Assembly: GCA_963833575.1 (NCBI GenBank)
Contig: CAWHXY010000007.1
Coordinates: forward strand, 480,001-544,000
Length of the DNA: 64,000 nucleotides
From: Candidatus Bathyarchaeota archaeon
Lineage (GTDB): Archaea; Thermoproteota; Bathyarchaeia; Bathyarchaeales; Bathycorpusculaceae
Direction: 5' to 3'
Below the pieces are notes generated by a model. The model searched no databases and was not told the DNA's origin. It worked only from the letters and a program-made list of their open reading frames with translations. Of the stretch, positions 52,119-61,206 are shown in pieces. How positions within the stretch are numbered: position 1 is the stretch's first letter; each line of letters starts with the position of its first letter. A program made the translations under genes and the position numbers.

Positions 52119-53312
52119 ATGGATGGGATGAAATTGAAAGTATTGGTGAATGATGGTTTGGATAAAGAAGGCATGAAATTATTTGAGGCTGCTGGAATCG
52201 AGGCGGACTGTAATAGGAGGGACGGAAATGCACTAGTCACACAGGTAAGGGAGTTTGACGCTCTGGTTGTGCGAAGCGCAACCGTCGTCACCCGAGAAGT
52301 TATCGAGTCAGGCAGCCGGGGCAAGCTGAAGATTGTTGGCAGGGCTGGCGTTGGTATTGACAATATCGATGTAGCTGCGGCCACTAAGAATGGCGTTGTA
52401 GTTAAATCTGCTCCGTATGGTAATACTAATGCAGCGGCGGAGTTGTCTTTGACTCTGATGCTGGCCGTTTCTAGGAATGTAGTATCTGGGGACAATTCTC
52501 TGAGGCACGGCGTTTGGCGTAAGAAGGGGTTTGAGGGATGTGAACTTTCGGGAAAAACACTGGGAATTTTGGGGTGTGGACGAATCGGTCAGAGACTAAG
52601 CGAGCTTGCTGTAGGGTTTAACATGCACGTGATAGGGTATGATCCTGTTGTGGTTTCGAATTCCAAGATACAGTATGTGCCGAAAGAGGAGGTCCTTTCC
52701 AATGCTGATTACGTAAGCGTAAATACAAGTGGAAAAGAGACTGTGATTGGAAGAAATGAGTTGTTTTTAATGAAACCTACTGCTTACTTGATTAATACTG
52801 CTCGCGGCCACAACGTGGATGAGAAGGCACTGCATGCAGCGTTAAAAGCAGGGAGCTTAGCTGGGGCGGGTCTTGACGTTTACGAGGATGAGCCCACAGA
52901 GGAAGGGGCCGAGTTCAGAAGTAAATTGAGGGAATTGGATAATGTTGTTCTAACCCCACATTTGGGGGCATCAACCGTGGAAGCGCAGCAGAAAACTTCA
53001 ACAGAGATTGCGCGAGTCGTCATTGATTATCTGTTGTATGGGAATTTCTCTAACGCTGTTAACGTTGGAGAAAACATCGAGTCAGAAGAGAGAACGTTTT
53101 ACCCTCTGTTTATTTATCACATGGACAAACCAGGCATGTTTGCCAAAATCGACAAGGTGCTTGCAGATTACGGGGTTAACATAAGGGAGAATCCATCAAG
53201 GCAAATAGGAGAGGGCTATGCAATCGCTGTTTACTTAGTGCATCAAAAAATCGAGCAGGAAGTGATAGATGAACTGAACAAGATCGACGGTGTCATTAGA
53301 GCCAAAAAATAA
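52119..53312 (+). CDS. serA: D-3-phosphoglycerate dehydrogenase with C-terminal ACT domain
   Basis: VRSAT, RAGVGIDNID, GxGRIG, INTARG, LDVYEDEP, TPHLGAST, H.DKPG ACT. Confidence 0.85.
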   Translation: MDGMKLKVLVNDGLDKEGMKLFEAAGIEADCNRRDGNALVTQVREFDALVVRSATVVTREVIESGSRGKLKIVGRAGVGIDNIDVAAATKNGVVVKSAPYGNTNAAAELSLTLMLAVSRNVVSGDNSLRHGVWRKKGFEGCELSGKTLGILGCGRIGQRLSELAVGFNMHVIGYDPVVVSNSKIQYVPKEEVLSNADYVSVNTSGKETVIGRNELFLMKPTAYLINTARGHNVDEKALHAALKAGSLAGAGLDVYEDEPTEEGAEFRSKLRELDNVVLTPHLGASTVEAQQKTSTEIARVVIDYLLYGNFSNAVNVGENIESEERTFYPLFIYHMDKPGMFAKIDKVLADYGVNIRENPSRQIGEGYAIAVYLVHQKIEQEVIDELNKIDGVIRAKK

Positions 53313-53446
53313 AAGACGAATTTTCCTAACACGCTGGCTTGTCCTTAAATTAAGTCAATGTTTGCTTTCAGGTCGGCAAGAGTTGTTAGAGACCAGAGTA
53401 AGCACCAGCAAAACTTATAACAAATTAGGGTCGGTTGGATTGAAGT

Positions 53447-53644
53447 TTATTCATTCCATTTCATCGTATATTTTTCTTCTAGAGTCTTATAAAATTCCTT
53501 TTCTAACTCGATCTCTTTCTTCACCAGTTTATCCCAATCTGCTCTTGTACATTCTGTTTCTAAATTGAGGATCCAATTCTTCATTTCATCCTGAAAATCG
53601 TCCAAGTTTTTCGCTATTTCTTTTAGTTCTCTCAATTTGGTCAA
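53447..53644 (-). CDS. Small acidic coiled-coil protein
   Basis: 65 aa, heptad E/K/L composition. Confidence 0.5.
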   Translation of the reverse strand: MTKLRELKEIAKNLDDFQDEMKNWILNLETECTRADWDKLVKKEIELEKEFYKTLEEKYTMKWNE

Positions 53645-53721
53645 GTATAATACTCATTAATCACTTATTACTTGTTTGTTATGCTTTGGAAAATATGGGC
53701 GCGCTATTGACTACTTTAAAC

Positions 53722-53886
53722 TTATTTAGCCAACCGGTTTTGCCTTATCCCACTGACAGTTGTTGTTTTGCCTGCGCCGTTCGAGCCGAGGAAACCGAAG
53801 ACTTCGCCGTCGTTAACATGCAGCGTAAGGCTTCCAACAGCTGCAAGGTTGCCGAGTTTTTTTGTCAGGTTCTCTGTGCCGATCAA
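53722..53886 (-). pseudogene. N-terminal fragment of an ABC transporter ATP-binding protein
   Basis: [44 protein letters not shown], then unrelated sequence and a stop. Confidence 0.85.
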
Positions 53887-53909
53887 TTTAACATTACCAG
53901 ACTTCTTTC

Positions 53910-54100
53910 TTACTTGTAGGCTAATTTACCGTTTAGTTCACTTTGGGGGGGCAAACGAACAATAAAAGTTGTTCCTTTACCCTCTTGGCTCTCAAAAGTT
54001 ACGGTGCCTCCTAACGATTCGGTCATACGTTTAATTACTGCTAATCCGAAGCCTTGACCCTTAGGCTTTAGTTGAAAACATGGGGATAAACAATTTATTT
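53910..54100 (-). pseudogene. C-terminal fragment of a histidine kinase with one frameshift, paralogous to 1-822
   Basis: KLFIPMFSTK/KGQGFGLAVIKRMTESLGGTVTFESQEGKGTTFIVRLPP. Confidence 0.88.
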
Positions 54101-54208
54101 TTAGCGCGCTTTGGTTAAGTATCCTGATTGTGGGAAATTGAGAAGCCTGATAGGTTACTTGAGGTTAAATATCAGAAAAAAGAATAGCAACCATGGAAGG
54201 TTAAGAAA

Positions 54209-54859
54209 GTGAGAGCAGCGAGTCTTTTCTCTGGGGGCAAAGAATCAGTTCATGCCATATCTAATGTTGAAAACCAAGGTGTAGAGGTTAAGCATTTGAT
54301 TCACGAAATCCCAAGTTTCACATCGCCTCATGCACACAACAATGAAGCCCTAAAAACCCTTGCAAAATCCATGAACAAACATTTCGTAATCGTAGACCTT
54401 CACAAAGGTGAACAAGAACTTGTTGACTCGCTTAAGAACCTCAAGATTGATGCACTCGTTGCAGGAGACATCAACGTTCCTCAACACATAACGTGGCTCC
54501 AAAACATATGCAGTCAAGCGGGCATAGTACTGCTTGAACCGCTTTTCGGGAAAAAAACATCAATCTTGTTTCAGGAAATGTTCAGCGATCCTAGGTTCAA
54601 AGCAACAATCATAGGCGTAAACACAAAATATCTGACAGATGAGTGGTTAGGGTTCACAATAAGCAGTGAAACAGCTGAAGATTTCTTGTCAAGAACGAAA
54701 CAAATAGACCCTCTCGGAGAGAACGGTGAATTCCACACCATAGTTGTTGAGAGTCCTCTCTACTCCAACAAATTCAAAACAAAGGCATTGGAAAAAATAA
54801 CTGAAAAAGATGTGACATATCTTCGCATAACGCTAAATGAGTGGTTAGAACGGACATGA
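54209..54859 (+). CDS. Dph6/diphthamide-synthase-like PP-loop protein
   Basis: FSGGKES, GDI, EPLFG, DPLGENGEFHT. Confidence 0.8.
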   Translation: MRAASLFSGGKESVHAISNVENQGVEVKHLIHEIPSFTSPHAHNNEALKTLAKSMNKHFVIVDLHKGEQELVDSLKNLKIDALVAGDINVPQHITWLQNICSQAGIVLLEPLFGKKTSILFQEMFSDPRFKATIIGVNTKYLTDEWLGFTISSETAEDFLSRTKQIDPLGENGEFHTIVVESPLYSNKFKTKALEKITEKDVTYLRITLNEWLERT

Positions 54860-55373
54860 AAACATTGTTTCCAATAATCCCTCATCTGATGCGGTAGTAT
54901 ATAAGCAATTTTGAGTTTCGTATATTTCATAGGGAGGAGGGATTAAAAAAAATTAATCCAACCAACGACGACCACGACTACCGTTTACCATGTTACGTTT
55001 CTAAAAAATAACAAAGTGTTCACTCGGTTCAGGTAACACATATCATACAAGGGTAAGGTATAGTATATGTAGTGTCGAAATCGAGTAAACACATCAAACT
55101 ACAAAAAATAAGAAAAAATAAAGGAAAACAAGAAAAACGAGCGCGTTATCCAACATTTAGAAGAAAAAATAAGCATTAGCCTGAAAGAATCTATGATGTT
55201 TTAGGCGCGCGCAAACAAGTATGCAACCTCTAAAGAAATAAGAGTAACGTTAGAAAGCTGACTTTACACTATTCAATCAGCCGTTTTGGGGTAATAACTT
55301 GCCTGAGTTTGAAAGGCTGTTCAGCTTGCACTTTTAGAGTTAAAAAGAGTAAGCCAGTCGCCTGTGACTGCGA

Positions 55374-57218
55374 CTATCGTTTATTGTCTTGATTCAATTT
55401 GCTAAGGTCAAAACCGCAGAAAGGACAGAATCCTCCAGCATTAGTTAGCTGTTTTCCGCAGTTGGGACAGAAAGCAGGTTTTGGTTGCATAACAGTCGAT
55501 TGAACGGTCACTGTTGTAGCTGTTTCTGTGGCTAGCGCTGTTGTTTTTGGCATTTCAGACATAACCAGCGGGGACGGGGGCAAATTTTGATTTCTAATAT
55601 TTTGACTGGATAGGCGAGACTTCTTTGAGATTTTTCTTCTGCTCAGGATACCAGCGAGCACTGCCACTATTGCTATGATCACTATCAAAAGAATTAAAGC
55701 TAAAATCATTGAATCAGAAAGAAAAGCCGCAGCTCCTTTTGTTGGTCCAGCAACTATAGGTGTAGCAATAACTGTTGCAGTTTGTGTTGGTGAAGACACT
55801 GGCTCTATTTGTGTCCACCATTGATTGATTGAAGAAGAATCGAAGGCAGATATTTTCGAGTTTAGATCCAGTTGGCTGAACCCATTTGTGACTCCAGATG
55901 CAAGTGATAACATCTGACCTGCTGGTATGGTTATTGAGGCGTTTGTGTATTGATCAACAAATAAGACTGAACCATCCATTACCTGTATGGTTGTTGCTCC
56001 GTTGATAACCGTGACGATGTATTGCGTTCCGTCACCCATTAATATTCCCTGAGGCACCTGTACTGGTCTCACGTCGTAGGTTCCTTCTTGGGGAGACATC
56101 TGTTCATTGATATATGCTATGCCTGTGCCCAGCAATATTGTTCCTTCAACAACTAATGCCCCACCTAAAGTTATTGGCGCCCCAGTCACTGCCATAATAG
56201 CTAAGCCGACGCCGACTTCAGCGGCAAGACCCACTCCAGCTTGACCTAACTCGTCAGGCTCTATGCCTTCAGAAAACTGAAACGCACCAGTTGCCGGTGG
56301 CGGCACTGCAACATAAGAAATGTTTCCATTCACTGGATCAGTTGTAGGCTCAAGATATACCCAGCCAGCATCTGAGTTTGCGCCTAAATACACTTCTCCG
56401 CCGTTGTCAGGATAAGTAAAACCGATAATCCCGTTACTGCCCGTTTGAACTTCTGAACCTGAACCTATTTGACTTTCCGCAGTGACCGGAGCACCAGTTG
56501 CTACAAGATTTGTTGTTCCTTGGGCGACCGAAATTCCTGCAAGATTGGTTGCTGTAGGTGGGGCAGGTACAGGTGTTGGAGAGGGCGTTGGAGATGAAGT
56601 GACAACAGGAGGCAACGTGGCAGATGAACCCGAGCGCAAAACAATTATGCCATTGGTGTCTGTGTTTTCGTTGGGTCCAGTTAGCGTTGCGGTTATGATG
56701 TCGGTAGTGAAGGTTCCAGCTATGTTTTCTTGGTTTCCTGTGCTTGTGTATTGCTCATCAGCGGAGAAACTGGCGCCTGAAACTGTTCCGCTAAAAGCAA
56801 TTTGGTTAAAGCCTACCATAGGAACGCCAGCCATACCATATTCATTCCAATATGCAGGGTCTGTAGAGAAGCTTATCACATTGATGTTCAAGATTATGCT
56901 TATTGAGCTACCGCTTTGAGTTATCTGCATGCTATATGTTACGTTTGCATCGTTCATCCTTGTAGTTGGGTCAGAAGGATCCAAGTCATAGTATTTTTCA
57001 GGTATGGCGTTGGTCCATGTTCCAGTTAAATCTCTGGCTGGAGTAAGTGCAGCACGCAAAGACGGGGTTAAAGCTGAAAACAACAATATCGCTAACAATA
57101 CCGGAGTGATAATTTTAAAAATGTTAGAGGTTTTTCTAGATCTAAAAGATAAACGGGTAACTTTCAGTTTTTGCATTTGATTTGTCGCCGAATACCGCAT
57201 ACGCAGATTGTTTGGCAT
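55374..57218 (-). CDS. Membrane protein with a large extracellular region (FecR-like segment) and a cytoplasmic double-CxxC zinc ribbon; start uncertain
   Basis: Signal peptide; GTQY.V.V..G.T..QV.DGSV; TM; CPNCG...FCPFCG. Confidence 0.7.
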   Translation of the reverse strand: MPNNLRMRYSATNQMQKLKVTRLSFRSRKTSNIFKIITPVLLAILLFSALTPSLRAALTPARDLTGTWTNAIPEKYYDLDPSDPTTRMNDANVTYSMQITQSGSSISIILNINVISFSTDPAYWNEYGMAGVPMVGFNQIAFSGTVSGASFSADEQYTSTGNQENIAGTFTTDIITATLTGPNENTDTNGIIVLRSGSSATLPPVVTSSPTPSPTPVPAPPTATNLAGISVAQGTTNLVATGAPVTAESQIGSGSEVQTGSNGIIGFTYPDNGGEVYLGANSDAGWVYLEPTTDPVNGNISYVAVPPPATGAFQFSEGIEPDELGQAGVGLAAEVGVGLAIMAVTGAPITLGGALVVEGTILLGTGIAYINEQMSPQEGTYDVRPVQVPQGILMGDGTQYIVTVINGATTIQVMDGSVLFVDQYTNASITIPAGQMLSLASGVTNGFSQLDLNSKISAFDSSSINQWWTQIEPVSSPTQTATVIATPIVAGPTKGAAAFLSDSMILALILLIVIIAIVAVLAGILSRRKISKKSRLSSQNIRNQNLPPSPLVMSEMPKTTALATETATTVTVQSTVMQPKPAFCPNCGKQLTNAGGFCPFCGFDLSKLNQDNKR

Positions 57219-57519
57219 ATTAACATTATGAACCCTAACTAAATAGTGCGTGTGACCTCTTGCTTCATGAACGCTTCATTCTTGCAAGTTTTACAAATTG
57301 CTGGAAAAAGGTTCAAGAAGAGTTTATTTTAGCGAGCATGCGTGTTCCTAAAATGCTTATAAGTGGTTAAAAGTCTGCTTTTGTGTTCAAGTTGTGTTTC
57401 AAGGCCTGGATTCTGAATGGAAACAGAGAGCTGGGTCAGACAGCCAAAAGACGAATTATAACCATATTTCACCAATTTAGGAACAACCACGCGTACTATT
57501 GAGGTAGATTTAGTGCTAA

Positions 57520-57693
57520 CTATTCTAGTTCTTCGCTTGAAACAAGAAACACAGGGTATTGTTGCAAACCACTTGATTTGTTACTTGTGCTTCTATGACC
57601 GTCCCTACATCTCATTCCGTATCTTGTTTTAGTTTCATTTTCCCAAACCTTTTCAGTTGGTCCACCACATATTGGACACTTAAAATCTTTCAT
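57520..57693 (-). CDS. 57-aa zinc-finger microprotein (absent from ORF track)
   Basis: MKDFKCPICGG...CRDGH; SD ggtga upstream. Confidence 0.6.
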   Translation of the reverse strand: MKDFKCPICGGPTEKVWENETKTRYGMRCRDGHRSTSNKSSGLQQYPVFLVSSEELE

Positions 57694-57988
57694 ATATTTT
57701 CACCAAAACCGAAAAAGGTAAAAGTAAATAAGTCGTTGCTGAGTTTTTCCAAGTTCTTCCGCTCTGTACGCGTATTGTTAGCTTGTTTTCTTTAAGTCTT
57801 CCTATTCTAATGAAGCGACCAAGAGCGAAGAAAATAAAAAAAGAAGTCGAGCTAATTCTCAAGCATAAATCGAACAATCGAGAAGTTGGCTACAAAAGAT
57901 GCCCAAAGTACAAAGTGACAAAGAAATAGAATTACTCACGCTCATATAGGAAAATTAAGGATTTACATGCATTATTGTATTGACCGGT

Positions 57989-58267
57989 TTAGTCGCTGAG
58001 TTTCTCTTCGAGTTTCCTCGCTTCTCTTTGAATCTGTTCTTGAGCGAATGCAATTAACAGACATAAGCCGTTATTTTCCACACACATTTCGCTATCTTTT
58101 AGCGAAATTGCCTTATCGTAAAAGATATTCTCGATTTCTTCTTCAGCATCTGGTTGCAACTTTAGTAACGATAAGTCAAGGTGCGTTTCTGCAAAGGGAA
58201 ATCTCTCTTGCAATTCTCGAAGTATTGTTCTTTCTTCGCACAGTTTTCTGGTCTCTTTCAATGGCAT
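57989..58267 (-). CDS. Small hypothetical protein
   Basis: ORF MPLKETRK..., SD-like aaagg/aaggt upstream. Confidence 0.5.
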   Translation of the reverse strand: MPLKETRKLCEERTILRELQERFPFAETHLDLSLLKLQPDAEEEIENIFYDKAISLKDSEMCVENNGLCLLIAFAQEQIQREARKLEEKLSD

Positions 58268-58891
58268 ACCTTTTCCTTTGTCAACGAGCATGTTCAAATT
58301 GAAAGTTAGATAGGTCAATAGTTTTATTTTTACCATTTATTGAACCTCTAAAAGCAGTATTTCAAAGCGATTATTAGTTTATTTATCTTCATGCTTTAGC
58401 ACGCAACATTTAAAAAATTAGACTTTCGTTTTTCGTCCTTCAAAACGAACTTGTAACATTCACAGTTAGGTTTAGTACATACTCTATCTAAAAAATATGA
58501 ATGTTCACTTTTAAGATGCCCACACGTGCACATTCCATCTTTAATTTCAGCTTTATCCATCAAGATTTATCCTTATTAAATAAACAACTTTAGCCTCAAA
58601 AGGTTTTAGGTTTGGATCTCCTTAACTTTTAATCCCACACACACCGACCTACCTAACGTTCAGGTGTAATGGTAGAGGCTACTCGTGTTGAAAAAAATAA
58701 TAATAACAACATAGTTAGGTATTGGTATGAGCAGTAAGAAACATAATAAAACTTCCCTGTCAATCATAAAATAATGTTATCAGGGGTAAAAAATAATAGA
58801 AAACTTGTCCCTCATAAACTAACAAATAATTAAGAATTATGTTAGGATTTCCTGCGATAATTATGCTGCCCATTGATTTTTAGTATTTTGT

Positions 58892-59053
58892 TTAAGCACT
58901 GTTTTTCTTCTTTGAATTGTCAGCTTGGGTCTGTCTCGAACGGTTGGCGTTGGCTTGCTTCTGTCTCGAACTATTGGCGGCATTTGCTTTTCTGGCTATA
59001 CTGCTCCTGTTTGGAGAGGTCGTATTTCCTTCTGGTCTTTGTTGTTTACGCAA
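58892..59053 (-). CDS. 53-aa basic low-complexity peptide with an internal repeat
   Basis: MRKQQRPE...ANAANSSRQKQANANRSRQTQA; 30-bp internal duplication. Confidence 0.4.
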   Translation of the reverse strand: MRKQQRPEGNTTSPNRSSIARKANAANSSRQKQANANRSRQTQADNSKKKNSA

Positions 59054-59230
59054 AACATTCAACCAAAATTATATAGTACTTTGTTCTTAATTTGTCTTAC
59101 ATTGAGTGCCCGAAATGTGTAATTTTGAGTTTAGCCTCATGTACAAGCCGACGTTGATTTAAAAGAGATTGTTGCTCAAACACGCTCAATCTACGCTTAA
59201 ATCATCCCTTAACCCTCTATTGGCGATAAA

Positions 59231-59362
59231 ATGAAGCTTTATCATGTGACACGGCAGCGAAACCAAAACTCAATTATGAAGCACGGATTAATCCCAAAAA
59301 AAACCCTGATAAATGGAAAAGAAGGGCAACACGAACAGCCTAAACAAAAAACTCTGCTCTAA
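59231..59362 (+). pseudogene. N-terminal remnant of an ADP-ribosyltransferase-fold (Tpt1/KptA/DarT-like) gene
   Basis: MKLYHVTRQRNQNSIMKHGLIP, truncated where module copy 2 begins. Confidence 0.6.
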
Positions 59363-59584
59363 AACAGATAAACTCACAAAATCAAAACTGCTAACAAAAG
59401 AATAACTAGTTCTAGAAAAAACATTTGAATCCATTGTGCCACCTCACTTCCTATTTTTTGCCATTTTCATTCTGGTTAGTCACGAATATGCCCGCAACAA
59501 AGTTTTGAATGACATTTAGGTTTATGTGCCGTTATCATTCTCCCATCAAAGCGGAGATAACGAGCACCTAACTGTAACGAGGCT

Positions 59585-60001
59585 TTACTGGCAAACTTTT
59601 TGCAGAAAATCTTTCGCCTGTGGAATTTTATCTTGCCATTTTTCAGCTTCATTGATCCAATGCTGTCGCCAATCTCGGTTAGGATGAGGATCATTCCATT
59701 GGCTAAAAGCTAATCCAAATGATCTAGCTTTTTCGTCTAGTTTCTGCTTCTCTTTTTGCTCTTCACTGGTAAGTTTTTGCGGTTGCTCTTCTGGAATGAG
59801 CTTGCGTGAATATCGGTACTGGTATTTCTCGTACACTTCTTTTGTGATTAAATGTTCCTGGTAAGCCGCTTTTGAGATTAGGAGAAGCCCAGCGTAGGAT
59901 TTGCCTAGTTCGTGTGCCGCCTGAAACTTGATTACTGCAAAATAAAGTTCGGGCGGTAAACAAAGTTTCATTACGTGTTCTTGTGTGAATTCTTTAGCCA
60001 T
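59585..60001 (-). CDS. Module gene C, copy 2
   Basis: ~96% aa identity to 45675-46091. Confidence 0.75.
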   Translation of the reverse strand: MAKEFTQEHVMKLCLPPELYFAVIKFQAAHELGKSYAGLLLISKAAYQEHLITKEVYEKYQYRYSRKLIPEEQPQKLTSEEQKEKQKLDEKARSFGLAFSQWNDPHPNRDWRQHWINEAEKWQDKIPQAKDFLQKVCQ

Positions 60002-60130
60002 TCATGATTTCCTCTTTTTTGTCCCGATTTCCAAGAAGGAAAGACGTTTAGACAATGTTAACGTAGTAACAAATAGGAAAATAGTAGACTTAACTAGCTA
60101 GCTACCTGAAAAAAAAAATAAAAAAGCTAC

Positions 60131-60728
60131 CTACCCTCCATCATTCCTTTCTTGCTGTTGGTTGGGCTCTGTTATGTCGCTGGGTTTCTTTGAATTTACA
60201 TCATTTTCGGGGGTTTGATCAGTCTTTTCATCCAATTCCTTAGAATTAATCAGCTCGGAGTTTTTGACAATATTCCTTGTCGAATCCTCTTGGAATTCGA
60301 AATAATTGTGTTCCATTCTTTTTTAGGTCCAGCAGAAATTCTTCCTTGTCTTTATCTGTCCAGGTACGCACGTTTTCCAAACATTCTGCTAGGTCAGTTT
60401 CAAAATTGTAGAAATGCAAGTCAAAGAACCATTTTACAATTTCGTAGGTTCCGTCACATCCTAGCGCGAGAGGGGCAATATAGCAATATAGCTCTCTTAC
60501 ATGTCTTAGAATGACCTCAATTTGCTTGTCAATTAACTCTGCATTCTTAAATAGAATTTCGTTTGAACCACTTTGGCGGTATTCCTCTTCGATTTCATCA
60601 ACTTTAGCAAAAAGAGCCTGCTCTTCTCCAGAAAATGAATAATAATCAATTTTTATCAATTCCCCATTGTTGTCTTTGATTTTCTCGTTCAAACCATCAA
60701 TCCGTTTAACTAACTTCAAATTATCCAA
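60131..60728 (-). CDS. Module gene B, copy 2, frameshifted near the C-terminus
   Basis: Main ORF 60246-60728; the ...DGG* tail matching copy 1 is in another frame, with the shift at the T5 run 60261-60265. Confidence 0.7.
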
Positions 60729-60813
60729 AAACTACCACCTCCGACGCAGTTCTCTACTTGAATAAATTTCCTGAAATTTCCACAGACATTGCTCCAAAAT
60801 TCTGCTCGACACC

Positions 60814-61206
60814 TCACGGAACAAAAACTCCTCTAGCCGCCTTCTTTTCCAAAGCTCTAACTCTGCCCATCAGATCCGGCAAAACCAATGTTTCATACAT
60901 CATAGAATTCACCTTAAGCATCGTATTCAAAGCACCCAACTGAACCAACGGGTTGCTGGAAGAGAGCAATCTTAGGCTTGCCTGGCGGTAGATCTGTTCG
61001 TACCGATTGGTTATTTTGAATAGCACATCGTCAGGTTTAGTTATGCTCTGCAAGATGGGTTGCCAATTTTGACGTGTTTCAAAATCGTTGTAGAGCGTTC
61101 GCTCAGCGCAGCCGTTTTTTTCACATAGTTGTTTAACTATTTCAGCTTGAGTTAAACCCAAGCCTTCAAGTTTTAGTAATTCTAAGCGTCTTTTGACTAC
61201 TTCCAT
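60814..61206 (-). CDS. Module gene A, copy 2 (HTH, terminase-small-subunit-like)
   Basis: ~86% aa identity to 46893-47285. Confidence 0.7.
   Translation of the reverse strand: MEVVKRRLELLKLEGLGLTQAEIVKQLCEKNGCAERTLYNDFETRQNWQPILQSITKPDDVLFKITNRYEQIYRQASLRLLSSSNPLVQLGALNTMLKVNSMMYETLVLPDLMGRVRALEKKAARGVFVP

Noticed and set aside
54209-54859. Assignment as bona fide dph6
   Set aside because: The PP-loop reads SGGKES rather than SGGKDS and the gene sits in an accessory region; it may be a paralog, so no symbol was given.
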